Shown: in pieces, positions 54,821 through 63,991 of the stretch
Layout: each line of letters starts with the position of its first letter
Numbering within the stretch: position 1 is the first letter of the stretch
Source: a virus
Virus record (IMG/VR): IMGVR_UViG_3300048080_000243
Strand: one strand, 5' to 3'
DNA: 64,000 nt
Notes under the pieces: model-generated
The model's database searches: none
What the model was told of the DNA's origin: nothing
The model's input: only the letters and a program-made list of their open reading frames with translations
Program-made: the position numbers and the translations under genes

Positions 54821-55020
54821 TATGTCAGTTCTTTCGATTCCTTCTGCTTCCACGCCCACGCCACCGCAACACACTCCATTGTCGCCTTCAACGCCGCATC
54901 AAAAGTTGTAGCACTTCCGCTTCCCAACGTCTCACCGCCGGACCCCGCGTTCTGGACACGCCAGTAAAACCCCACCTCAGACTGTGAAATGCTCAACTCG
55001 GCGCTAATACGAACGTCCAT
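54820..55020 (-). CDS. small hypothetical protein
   Basis: 66 aa, TAATG overlaps. Confidence 0.55.
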   Translation of the reverse strand: MDVRISAELSISQSEVGFYWRVQNAGSGGETLGSGSATTFDAALKATMECVAVAWAWKQKESKELT

Positions 55021-55382
55021 TACGCCCCGCCCTTAGCGTCACACGCCGCCCAAAGCCTTCTAACCTCCGCGACCAGGGCAGGCACGTCCGAACGCGCCGA
55101 TACGACGAAGTCGGCGTCACGGAATGTCTGCTCGTCTTCGTAGTGGTCGTCGCAGATTTCCTCCACGCCGCCATCCTTTTCGATCTGACGCGGTGACGGG
55201 TGCAGCTTGCGATCACCAAAGTTCCAGATACAGAACGTGCCCTGCCCACCCTCAACTTTGCGAACAGGACTCAGGATCTCGGTTCCGTAATACTTGCCTT
55301 CGAGCGGTTCCAACGTCCATGGCCCCGGCGTAGCTGCACTGGCTCGGGCGTCAATGGCGTTCAACTCATCGGCGGTCATCAC
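55020..55382 (-). CDS. Ead/Ea22-like phage protein
   Basis: AATPGPW...DADFVVSARSDVPALVAEVRRL. Confidence 0.7.
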   Translation of the reverse strand: MMTADELNAIDARASAATPGPWTLEPLEGKYYGTEILSPVRKVEGGQGTFCIWNFGDRKLHPSPRQIEKDGGVEEICDDHYEDEQTFRDADFVVSARSDVPALVAEVRRLWAACDAKGGA

Positions 55383-55561
55383 ATCTCCTCTCGTCCTACC
55401 ACTACCTTACATCGTTTCGTGTACCAAGGCGGACTCGGCTTCTCAGGGTTCAAAATCATAAGCCCGTGACAAAACAGGTAACCCCTCTTGGTCTTGTGTA
55501 CTTGACTTCGCCAACGCGCCCCATGCTTCGAACAGCGGCCAACAGACTTCTTACCGGCCAC
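55379..55561 (-). CDS. small basic hypothetical protein
   Basis: GTG overlapping the Mre11 TAG; 60 aa. Confidence 0.5.
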   Translation of the reverse strand: MAGKKSVGRCSKHGARWRSQVHKTKRGYLFCHGLMILNPEKPSPPWYTKRCKVVVGREEM

Positions 55562-56706
55562 TAACGTGCTTCTGTTAGGATTTGCACGCCCCGCTGGAAC
55601 GCCTCTTTCTTGACGTCCTTTGGCAGGTCGTCGCGGGACTTGAGCCACGCCCGCAGCATCTCGTCGTAGTTGAGTTCTTTGATCTCCGTCGGCTTCCGCT
55701 CCTCGTCCACGCGGTTGCACTCGATGGACACATTCATCGGCGCGAATCCGCCTTCGATCTCGGCCGCCACTTTCACCAGATCGATCTTCCGGAAGGCCGC
55801 CCGCGATCCCTTGAAGCGAAGCTTCACAATGGCCCCCTTGTCGCCGCCGAGATCCGGCAAACCGGAGAAGCCTTCTTGGTCCAAATCGATGTCCAGCATC
55901 ACGAATCGCTTCGCCGATTTCACCTGCACGAACTCCCACACATTCGTGCCGGGGTCCCACGACAGGAAGCCCTTATCTTCGTTGCGTTCGCCGAAGTCCA
56001 CGCGATCAATGCTTCCCGGAATCACGATCTTCTCTTGGATCGTCTGGTGCTTATGCAAGTGCCCGCTGACGATAAGGTCAAAGCGGGCCGGATGAAGGTC
56101 GTCCGTCGAAAGATACGGATTCGGAAGCTCGAAATCGCCGGGCCCGACCTTCGCGCCGGAAACCGCTCCGTGCACCACCAGCACACGGCGGGTGTCCTTG
56201 CGTGCTTTGGACCGCTCCCACAACGCGGCCATAGCTTCGACGTCCACCGTCTTCTCGCCCAGCCCCACAGCGATGTAGTATTCAACACCCTCACGCTCGA
56301 TCACGGCCGGTTTGCTCACCACCGAAAAGCGCTTCTGAAACCCTCCGAACCGCGCGAGTTCCTTGTAGATGGTCAGACTCGTCTGCGTCGGCAGGATCAT
56401 ATCCTGTCCATCGTGGCTGGGCGTCCCCGGCATGATGATCACCCAACGATCATCGCGATCTTGAAGGAACTGAGCGAACAGACGGAAAAACTCCAACCGC
56501 TCGGTGTCGCTGGGATTGCGCCGATGAAAGGCGTCACCAGCAAAGACGATTCCGGTGACGTTGTTCTCGTTGGCGTACGCGAGCATTTCCTCGGCGCACG
56601 TGATGGTCGCCGCCAAGCTACTGTTACGGCCCGTCTCGGGGTCGATCTTGCCCCACGTGTTCCCGGCACCGAAGTGCCAGTCAGCGGTGAAAATCACGCG
56701 CCCCAT
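55561..56706 (-). CDS. sbcD: Mre11/SbcD (T4 gp47-like) metallophosphoesterase nuclease
   Basis: TADWH, AGDAFH, PGTPSHD, VHG, SGHLH, PGSIDRVDFGE. Confidence 0.9.
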   Translation of the reverse strand: MGRVIFTADWHFGAGNTWGKIDPETGRNSSLAATITCAEEMLAYANENNVTGIVFAGDAFHRRNPSDTERLEFFRLFAQFLQDRDDRWVIIMPGTPSHDGQDMILPTQTSLTIYKELARFGGFQKRFSVVSKPAVIEREGVEYYIAVGLGEKTVDVEAMAALWERSKARKDTRRVLVVHGAVSGAKVGPGDFELPNPYLSTDDLHPARFDLIVSGHLHKHQTIQEKIVIPGSIDRVDFGERNEDKGFLSWDPGTNVWEFVQVKSAKRFVMLDIDLDQEGFSGLPDLGGDKGAIVKLRFKGSRAAFRKIDLVKVAAEIEGGFAPMNVSIECNRVDEERKPTEIKELNYDEMLRAWLKSRDDLPKDVKKEAFQRGVQILTEAR

Positions 56707-56714
56707 ACAGCGAC

Positions 56715-56876
56715 CTACAAACCGGCTCTTCGGATTAGCAGTGGAGAGCTGCTTCCCGAAGATACTGACCATGTATTACGGTTCCCCTCGACCGCCAGGT
56801 ATGAGCAGCCATCCAACTGTGGACGCTTGCTTCGGTCTCGGCCGCTGGTCGTACCGGTTTGCAGGTCCACTCTCAT
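56715..56876 (-). CDS. 53-aa ORF behind the CGAAATAAC motif (not in the track)
   Basis: ATG at the exact motif spacing plus ATGA overlap; ends 8 nt before Mre11. Confidence 0.45.
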   Translation of the reverse strand: MRVDLQTGTTSGRDRSKRPQLDGCSYLAVEGNRNTWSVSSGSSSPLLIRRAGL

Positions 56877-57205
56877 GCCCCGTTATTTCGGGACGGGAGT
56901 TCCACGTTCTTGCGTTCGATGCCAGCCGCTTTCAAAATGGCCCACGCTTCAGGCGGCCAGTCTTCGATACGCGCAGCGCGAAAGTAGTTGTGCGCCTGTT
57001 TAGTACGCACGACAGGCCGGAACTGAGCACCGACACGCTTGCACTTGAAACACCAATGTACCTCCCACGCGCCGTCCGTCGTGCGAGCCCATTCGCCGAT
57101 AGAACCGTCACAGATTTTTTCCGGCGGCAGTCCATACGCCACCAACCCGTCAGGGGAGTAATGCGCGTACGACCACCACTTGCCAGCCTCGAATCGGAAT
57201 CCCAT
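56873..57205 (-). CDS. hypothetical protein
   Basis: 110 aa, CFKC. Confidence 0.6.
   Translation of the reverse strand: MGFRFEAGKWWSYAHYSPDGLVAYGLPPEKICDGSIGEWARTTDGAWEVHWCFKCKRVGAQFRPVVRTKQAHNYFRAARIEDWPPEAWAILKAAGIERKNVELPSRNNGA
56882..56890 (-). promoter_or_regulatory. CGAAATAAC motif, copy 5 (5 nt before ATG 56876)
   Basis: CCGAAATAAC-GGGGC-ATG; here the TAA is not a stop codon. Confidence 0.65.
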
Positions 57206-57230
57206 AGATGGTTCTTTCGGATCGGATACA

Positions 57231-57261
57231 GAAAAGCCGGGCGAGTTTCCCCGCCCGGCTT
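57231..57261 (-). terminator. intrinsic terminator after ssb
   Basis: AAGCCGGGCG-GGGAAACT-CGCCCGGCTT-TTCT. Confidence 0.85.
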
Positions 57262-57282
57262 GGTTCCCTTCACGTGTGACGA

Positions 57283-57867
57283 CTAGAAGTCGTCGTCGTC
57301 CTTCGCCGCAACGGGCTTGGCCTTCGCCGGAGGAGCCGCATCGCCGTCTTCGGCCGGAGCCGGACGGGGCTTCGGCTTGGCAGCCGCCGCAGCGGGTTTC
57401 TCGGCCGCAGCCGCACCGCCACGTCCGAGGTTGCGGTCGGACGCGTCGTCCTCGTCCTCGTCGGGGGAAGTCTGCCCGGCCTTGCGCCGCCGGACCTTAT
57501 CGACCACCGACATCAGGCCGCCCTTGCTTCCGGTCTTGTGCACGACCAGAATGCGGACCTTCGCGTTGATGAAGTCGTTCGTGTCGAACGCGTTGCCGGG
57601 CGTGGTGAGAGTGTCCTCATCCATGCCCATCGAAATGAACCACTCGGCCGCCTTGGTGCCCGGCCGAATCTTGCCGTCCTTGATGTTGCACAGCCCGGAC
57701 ACGTTCTTGCCCTTGTCCGGACCCTCCACGATCTTGAAAATGATCTGGAGAGACTGCCCGAAACTCGGGTTTCCGCCCGTGAAGGGCTCGATGCTCTCGA
57801 CCCGCGCGTTGTACCCGCCCTCTTCGACCAGGGGTTCCAGTTCTGCCGACGTCAGCTTCATTTCCAC
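57283..57867 (-). CDS. single-stranded DNA-binding protein (OB fold, acidic tail)
   Basis: Beta-rich N-terminus, A/P/K linker, C-terminal KDDDDF; next to recA. Confidence 0.75.
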   Translation of the reverse strand: MEMKLTSAELEPLVEEGGYNARVESIEPFTGGNPSFGQSLQIIFKIVEGPDKGKNVSGLCNIKDGKIRPGTKAAEWFISMGMDEDTLTTPGNAFDTNDFINAKVRILVVHKTGSKGGLMSVVDKVRRRKAGQTSPDEDEDDASDRNLGRGGAAAAEKPAAAAAKPKPRPAPAEDGDAAPPAKAKPVAAKDDDDF

Positions 57868-57885
57868 ACCTCCGTTTGGGTTGAC

Positions 57886-58527
57886 TTAGTCGTCATTTCC
57901 GAACCGCGCTCGGGCACCCGCTTGAGCGCCCGACACGCTCTTGATTTCGCCAATCTCGACCTGAATGACGACCACTTTGATCTGGCGAGAGATGTTCCGG
58001 TCTGTCGCCTGCAGGTTGTCGTACTCGACTTGGCACATCTGGTGAAACGCTTTGATCTGTTCCACCCGACGGGAACACTCGGTCACGAGCCTGCGCTCGC
58101 GGTCAAGGACCATGGACACGGCCGCGTCCTGCAACGAAATGTTGCGGAGCGACTGAATCGACGGCATCGTCATCTTGCACTGCGCCGACCGAGCGTCATT
58201 GAGCGCTTCGACTTCGGACTGCAAGCTCTCCAGCCGAGCCCGCGTCCAAATCGCTCGCATGAGGAACGCCTTGCACCTGTCTTGGCGGTCCTGCACTTCA
58301 GAGAGAAGACCGTGCATCTTGGTCATTCCCTCTTTGACCGGATCGAGCGGAAGCTTGAGTTCAAGCTTCTTGAGTTCCTCGATGGCCTCGCCGTACGGAA
58401 TGTCGGCCGAAAGCTTGGAAAGGCGAGAGTCCATGTCGTCCAGCGGCTTGGCGTCGAACTTCGGGGCCTCGTTCATGTTGAACGCGACGTTCTCCGAATC
58501 AACCACTTTGGGCGTTTTCTCAGCCAT
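57886..58527 (-). CDS. coiled-coil protein, possible UvsY-like recombination mediator
   Basis: Long helical heptads ending NISRQIK; lies between recA and ssb. Confidence 0.5.
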   Translation of the reverse strand: MAEKTPKVVDSENVAFNMNEAPKFDAKPLDDMDSRLSKLSADIPYGEAIEELKKLELKLPLDPVKEGMTKMHGLLSEVQDRQDRCKAFLMRAIWTRARLESLQSEVEALNDARSAQCKMTMPSIQSLRNISLQDAAVSMVLDRERRLVTECSRRVEQIKAFHQMCQVEYDNLQATDRNISRQIKVVVIQVEIGEIKSVSGAQAGARARFGNDD

Positions 58528-58536
58528 CGTCTCCCC

Positions 58537-58935
58537 CTACCCGGCCAACATCAGTTCGGGTTTCATGACCAGACCCTCGATGTTTTCCGCGTCAAGCGGG
58601 GTCACGTAGAACTGAACCATCGCCTCGTTACGACGAGAAATGGCGAACCAGTTCGCAGCCCACGACGCCAATACCTCGGCGTCTCGCGGGTTGACCGTCA
58701 CCATGGCAACGGCGGCACGCAACGCTGTCTCAGCCCTCTTGCGAGCCTGCTCTGGCAGGACGATGAAATGCTTTCCGATGTCGCTCTCGTCCTGCTTCGC
58801 GAAACACTTCGATTGGACAATACGCGGACCCGCAAACTCCGCGACAGCCCGTCGCAGTTCCTTCGACGCCTTCATGTACTTTTCCGCACCTTTGATCTTC
58901 GCGACCACAGTGGGAGTCGAACCGGTCTTTTTCAC
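58537..58935 (-). CDS. hypothetical protein
   Basis: 132 aa. Confidence 0.65.
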   Translation of the reverse strand: MKKTGSTPTVVAKIKGAEKYMKASKELRRAVAEFAGPRIVQSKCFAKQDESDIGKHFIVLPEQARKRAETALRAAVAMVTVNPRDAEVLASWAANWFAISRRNEAMVQFYVTPLDAENIEGLVMKPELMLAG

Positions 58936-58950
58936 GCTCAGTCCTTTCGG

Positions 58951-59919
58951 TCAGTAGCTGTCAGGTTCGGTCATGATCTGCGAATAGATGTCTTGCGTCT
59001 TGACTTCGCAGAGTTGCCGAAGCTTGGCGAGTGCTTTCTTGTCCTCGAAAATCATGTCGGCCAACAGCGGGAGTGTCTTCGCCCTGAAGCCCTCGAAGAC
59101 GTATTTCTGTTCCTTCTTCACGATCACGCTGAGGCGCACGGCCGTTTCCATGTGATCACGACGCACCACGATGCCCCGGAAGTAGTCGAGCCACAGGTGA
59201 CACGACCCGCGCAGCCCGACCTTCGACTTCTTGAGCTGGATGCGGACCTGATGGCCACGGGCCGCGCCTGTGACGTCGCTCTGGATCGTGGTCTCTTTTG
59301 GTGGGCCCGGCTCACGATCCACGCGCAAGCGATAACTCGCGTAGAACTTGAGCGCCCGTCCACCCGGCGTAGTCTCCGGGTTGCCATACGCACCGATCTT
59401 CTCACGGATCTGGTTGATGAAGACGACGACGGCCCGATTCGGTATAATGGACAACAGCCGTTTGATTCCGACCGCCATCATCTGGGCCTTGAGACCCATG
59501 AGCTTCGATGCGTCTTCAAGGCTGTCCTTTTCCAGTTCCTTCGGCGGAGAAAGCGCATCCACGCTGTCCACCACGATAAACTGGCAACCCTTTTTGATCC
59601 GGTCGTGGACGCCATCGAAAATCTTTGCACCGTTCATCTCATTTTCCGGCACCCACAGTTCGTTGTCAGGCTTGCCCTCTTCAAGCGTCGCCCCCATCAT
59701 CTTGGCATAGTCCGAATCGAGGGCACGCTCGGCATCCACGAAGCACACTTTCAGGCCGAGACGCTGGGCGTTCGAAATAAGGTCAAGCGAAATGCCGGTC
59801 TTACCGCCCTCTTCGGGACCGAAAAGCTCGACGATCCTCCCAACCTGCAAACCGCCGTGACGAAGGAGCAGGTTGAGCGCGAGCGAACTGCTAGGGACCG
59901 GCGGGACTTTATCAGCCAT
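58951..59919 (-). CDS. recA: RecA/UvsX recombinase
   Basis: ELFGPEEGGKT, FVDAERALD, IVVDSVDAL, FINQIREKIG..YGNPETTPGGRALKFYASYRL. Confidence 0.95.
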   Translation of the reverse strand: MADKVPPVPSSSLALNLLLRHGGLQVGRIVELFGPEEGGKTGISLDLISNAQRLGLKVCFVDAERALDSDYAKMMGATLEEGKPDNELWVPENEMNGAKIFDGVHDRIKKGCQFIVVDSVDALSPPKELEKDSLEDASKLMGLKAQMMAVGIKRLLSIIPNRAVVVFINQIREKIGAYGNPETTPGGRALKFYASYRLRVDREPGPPKETTIQSDVTGAARGHQVRIQLKKSKVGLRGSCHLWLDYFRGIVVRRDHMETAVRLSVIVKKEQKYVFEGFRAKTLPLLADMIFEDKKALAKLRQLCEVKTQDIYSQIMTEPDSY

Positions 59920-60214
59920 GACTTTTCTCCTTTTCGCCAATAGCCATGCCCGCCGCAAACGCCTCCGATGGTGTCGGCCTTGTGTCGCCGAAGACCGGAT
60001 GCGTAACCTTGAACAGCTTCCGAATGCGTGCGGCAGTCTTGGCGTCATAGTACCCAGTCGCGTAACCGATGTTCTCGGCCGCGTGAGGCGTGATCTTGAG
60101 GTACTCCCCCATGAAATCCTGCGCGTCGGCCTCGTTGTCGATGGACTCGACGATGCGCAAAATATCACCCAGGGTCTTCGCGTCCGCGATCCGCTGGGCC
60201 ATCGTCGCGCTCAC
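59912..60214 (-). CDS. hypothetical protein
   Basis: 100 aa, coupled. Confidence 0.7.
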   Translation of the reverse strand: MSATMAQRIADAKTLGDILRIVESIDNEADAQDFMGEYLKITPHAAENIGYATGYYDAKTAARIRKLFKVTHPVFGDTRPTPSEAFAAGMAIGEKEKSHG

Positions 60215-60393
60215 GGCTTCGTCCCAACAGTGAGAGCGGCCACGTACGCCACCAAAGCGTTGTAAACCTCTGGTTCCAACACAATCCGATTCGTGGCTTC
60301 GATCCCGTTCTCCGTCGTGAGCACAAGCTGACCAAGCTCATCGACGTCCACGTAAACGCCGTCGCCAAGGTATCGCTTTCGTTCGTCGCTCAT
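60211..60393 (-). CDS. small conserved phage protein
   Basis: YLGDGVYV...LTTENG. Confidence 0.7.
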   Translation of the reverse strand: MSDERKRYLGDGVYVDVDELGQLVLTTENGIEATNRIVLEPEVYNALVAYVAALTVGTKP

Positions 60394-60722
60394 GGCTTCA
60401 CCGCCAGCGCGGATTCGATCTTGGCGAGCGCTGCCTTGCAGCCACACTCCCCGTCGCCATCAATCGGCGGATGTTCGTGAATGCCGCTGCAAGTCTCGCC
60501 GATAAACCGATGCGCCTCCCGCAGCGCCTCGTCGCGGGCCTCGTAGGTCGAGACGGCGTGCGTTGCGGCCTCGACCGCCGTCCGACGAACCACGGCGCTG
60601 CACGGGCAGAGCGTCACCTTCGGCCCCATCGGCTCGATGCTCACGCCGACGAACACGGCGTCTCCGCACTTTTCGCACGGCGTGTCTGGCTCGTGCTGGA
60701 ACAGCTTGGCTAGGGCGCTCAT
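60390..60722 (-). CDS. hypothetical protein
   Basis: CEKCG; coupled. Confidence 0.6.
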   Translation of the reverse strand: MSALAKLFQHEPDTPCEKCGDAVFVGVSIEPMGPKVTLCPCSAVVRRTAVEAATHAVSTYEARDEALREAHRFIGETCSGIHEHPPIDGDGECGCKAALAKIESALAVKP

Positions 60723-61009
60723 GCGCTCACCGTCTCAAACAAGTGACCGATGAACCGACCCTCGTCAAGCTGGAATGTACCGATGTACTGAAGCTCGTCG
60801 AACTCCCCGTCCTGCTCCAGCATGTGACCAGTACCAGCCACTCGAAACTGCCTCGGCACCTTCTGCTGCTCGGACGGGTCAACCATAACCCAGATACAAG
60901 GCCGCCCGTTCTGCACTTGCACGGTGAGTACCTTCGCCCCGACGGGCAACAGAAACTCGACGCGATCCATCACGTCGAAAGCGTACTTCCACACCGCAAG
61001 AGGTTTCAT
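60719..61009 (-). CDS. conserved phage hypothetical protein
   Basis: VWKY..LPVGAKVLTVQVQ..IW..GTGH..YIGTFQ..HLFE. Confidence 0.75.
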   Translation of the reverse strand: MKPLAVWKYAFDVMDRVEFLLPVGAKVLTVQVQNGRPCIWVMVDPSEQQKVPRQFRVAGTGHMLEQDGEFDELQYIGTFQLDEGRFIGHLFETVSA

Positions 61010-63636
61010 GTCGTGACTGATTCTTTCGGGGCTTCAGCCCGGCCAGCATCAACATCTGCCTGTCTACGTTTGATCGCGTCCAGTTCATCAGACCCACCAC
61101 GACCCTCCTCCACCTTACCGGGTAAGGGCGTCTTTGTCGGCTTGGCCCACGTATCGGCCACAGTCGTGTCGAGCACGATCGGTATGTCCCAGCCCTTCAC
61201 CGGCGGGGACGTCAACTCTTCGCTAATGATAACCCCAGCGCGTGGGACGTCTTCAATCTTCACTTCCCACATGAGGCCATCGTGTTCGTTGAGCACCAAA
61301 TACGCTTCCATACCCTCGGCGTCCAAACGGCGCTGCGCCCAAATAGCCCCACGATTAGGAAGATCGCCAGAATAGCTACCCTGAATGTGGGCGTCGAACA
61401 GTTCCCGCTCGGCTGCTTCACGAACCTTGAAATCCGGGTGGTTGATGTTCGGATGACGGCGACAACGTCCGAACAAACCCGCCACGTACCCGTTCTTCTT
61501 AGCAAAGCGAATGACACGATCCCGATACTCTGCTGTCACCGAATAACGCGCCCAGAACCGCTCATACTGAACGTTGGCCTCAGCCTCAGATATCCCGAAC
61601 TTTGAAGCCAAACCACGGGTCGTGATGCCGTTGAACATGCCGAAGTTCATGCGCTTGCCCCGGTCGCGGTATCCCTTCTTGGTCGGGTCCCCATCCTGTT
61701 TTTTGTGGTCCGTGTCTACTTCTTCTTTAGTCTTACGGAAAACGTCCACAGCGGTGTCAGCGTGCAAATCCTGATACAGCTGAAACGCATCGACCAGCTT
61801 GGGATCTCGGCCGCAGAACGCGATGCCACGCAACTCGATCTGGCCGTAGTCCACCTTGATGAACTTGTAGCCCGGTCGGGCAACGAACGCTCGTCGCACC
61901 GACGAATTCTTGGACACAGCCATGATGTTGATGGGCTTACGCGACGACACGCGCCCCGACACCGTGCCGTGAATCAAGAAGTTGGTGTGCATCGTGCCGT
62001 CCGGCTCAAGCACGTTCAAAATATTCTCACCCCACGACGACAGCAACTTCTGATTCTGCCGGTATTCAATCAGGTCCTGAACCAACGGGTGTCTGCCACT
62101 AATGGCGTCCAAAACCGGCCGGGCAGTAGAACCGCGCTCCACGTGTGTGAGGCTGTCGGGAAACGGAATCTTCAGCCTTTCGAAAAGAACAACGGACATT
62201 TGAGCCGGATTATCGATGTTGGTACCCTCGCCCACCTCCGGATACTTTTGGATCTTCTCCTTCAGTGCTTTCACCTGTCCGCGCCACTTCACAATCTCGA
62301 CCCCCAAAACTTCCGCGTCCACCTTCAAACCGCGCTTCTCCATCCTCGCGTACAGGTGAACCATCGGCATCACAATACCGGTGAACAGCGGCTCCCACAG
62401 CCCCTCTTCGATTAGGCGCGGTTTGTGTTCGTGATACAGCCGAAGCGTGCCGTCCGTGTCGCCCATCGCGTACTTGGCCAAAGCTTCGAGCGGTACTTTG
62501 GACAGATCGTAACTCTTGGACCCGCGCTTTCCGGCGAAACGTTCAACCTCTCGCTTGTACAGTCCCAGATCGTGATACTTGAGCGTGAGCGCGTCCAGTT
62601 CCGTGGTCTCGTTCTCGTCCAGAAGGTGCGCCGACTGTCCCGTATCGAAGTCCACCCCGTTGACCACCATTCCGGCCGTGTCGGAGACTTCAATATCATA
62701 CTTGACGTGATGCCCGACCTTCGGAATCGGTGACGCCAAAAGCCGAGCGATAAGCGCCATCACCGCTGCTTGAGCATCACCCCAAAAATCCGCGACGATC
62801 TCACCGACACGACGACTGACGGGAATGTAGATGCCCTGTCGTTCCGCCCACGAAAAGGCGACTCCGAGCGGCCTCGCACGCCACGGGGACACGCCCAAAG
62901 CTTCACGGAGTTCTTCCGGCACATGCGCGAGTGTGGTCTCCCAGTCGAACGCACACCGGTCAGGACGGTCGGGGCCCTCGAATAGTTCCACGACCTGCTG
63001 CACGTCCTCAATCTTGGTGAGCAGACGGTAGTCCTTCTTCGGTTCCTCCACACCCTCTTCGACCATCTTCTTGGCCATCCGGAAATCTGTGACGATGGCC
63101 TCTCGGACAGCGGCCGACTTGGACACGCGCTTCTCGATGTCGCTGGGATGGTGCGTGACCACGACCCTGCGGCCAAGCTCGGGCTGGGTGAAATACCGGC
63201 CTCGGATGTCTTCAGATCGTCCAAAACCCAACAGCGACTGGGTAGCCACGTCGCCCATGGCGATGATCACCTGCGGCTGGACCCTTTGCGCTTCGTCTCT
63301 CAGGAACGGATAGCAGAAATCGATCCGTTTGGTCGTGACGTCGTCTTCTTCCTGCGGCCGACACCTAAGCGCAGTGGTAACAAACACGTCACCAAGGTTG
63401 ATACCGGCCTCAATGAGAAGCTCGTTGATCAGCACGCCAAGCTTGCCCACCATGAGCTTGCCGTTCTTGTCTTCGAGAGCAGCCGGAAAACGGCCGACCA
63501 ACATGTACTTCGGCTGGTCGGCGTTTCCGCTTCCCGGCACTTTCCAGCTTCGACAGCCCTTCTTGTGAAGCTTACAGGCTGTGCAGAGCCCGGATTCAAC
63601 CGAACCCTGCAAATCAAGAGAAGCCTGTGTGGACAC
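61006..63636 (-). CDS. polA: family A DNA polymerase with N-terminal family-4 UDG-like domain and 3'-5' exonuclease
   Basis: UDG: CTAC, RCRP, FCYPFL, THHPS; Exo: FDWET, GHHVKYD, YAMGD; Pol: DYGQIELR, KRMNFG, HD. Confidence 0.93.
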   Translation of the reverse strand: MSTQASLDLQGSVESGLCTACKLHKKGCRSWKVPGSGNADQPKYMLVGRFPAALEDKNGKLMVGKLGVLINELLIEAGINLGDVFVTTALRCRPQEEDDVTTKRIDFCYPFLRDEAQRVQPQVIIAMGDVATQSLLGFGRSEDIRGRYFTQPELGRRVVVTHHPSDIEKRVSKSAAVREAIVTDFRMAKKMVEEGVEEPKKDYRLLTKIEDVQQVVELFEGPDRPDRCAFDWETTLAHVPEELREALGVSPWRARPLGVAFSWAERQGIYIPVSRRVGEIVADFWGDAQAAVMALIARLLASPIPKVGHHVKYDIEVSDTAGMVVNGVDFDTGQSAHLLDENETTELDALTLKYHDLGLYKREVERFAGKRGSKSYDLSKVPLEALAKYAMGDTDGTLRLYHEHKPRLIEEGLWEPLFTGIVMPMVHLYARMEKRGLKVDAEVLGVEIVKWRGQVKALKEKIQKYPEVGEGTNIDNPAQMSVVLFERLKIPFPDSLTHVERGSTARPVLDAISGRHPLVQDLIEYRQNQKLLSSWGENILNVLEPDGTMHTNFLIHGTVSGRVSSRKPINIMAVSKNSSVRRAFVARPGYKFIKVDYGQIELRGIAFCGRDPKLVDAFQLYQDLHADTAVDVFRKTKEEVDTDHKKQDGDPTKKGYRDRGKRMNFGMFNGITTRGLASKFGISEAEANVQYERFWARYSVTAEYRDRVIRFAKKNGYVAGLFGRCRRHPNINHPDFKVREAAERELFDAHIQGSYSGDLPNRGAIWAQRRLDAEGMEAYLVLNEHDGLMWEVKIEDVPRAGVIISEELTSPPVKGWDIPIVLDTTVADTWAKPTKTPLPGKVEEGRGGSDELDAIKRRQADVDAGRAEAPKESVTT

Positions 63637-63640
63637 GGGC

Positions 63641-63991
63641 CTATTTCTTGATGAACTTGTAGACGATCCGTTCACCACCGTCGGGGCCTTTCTTGGTCCC
63701 GTCGCTTTCCAAGTACGTGCGGTTGTTGAGATGGAACTTGTTGAGACGGTTGCGTGCCGTCTTCTCCGAGCACTTGTACGCTTTCCGGAGAGCCTGCACC
63801 ATCTCCTCGGTCGTGCGCGGTGCTTCGAGCAAGAGCCCAATCAGGAACATGTTCTTCGGGAGCTTCGGCGGAGCGCCGAACTCCTTCTTCGCCGTCTGGT
63901 AGCGCTTGATCACTTCGGCCGGTCCGAGCTTCTGCCAGTTCGCCCGGATCATCGCCTGCTTGCTCGCCCTCGCCTTTCGTTTCTTCGGCAC
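63641..63991 (-). CDS. basic, possibly winged-helix DNA-binding protein
   Basis: GAGGA RBS; LLLEAPRTTEEMVQAL...TARNRL. Confidence 0.6.
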   Translation of the reverse strand: MPKKRKARASKQAMIRANWQKLGPAEVIKRYQTAKKEFGAPPKLPKNMFLIGLLLEAPRTTEEMVQALRKAYKCSEKTARNRLNKFHLNNRTYLESDGTKKGPDGGERIVYKFIKK

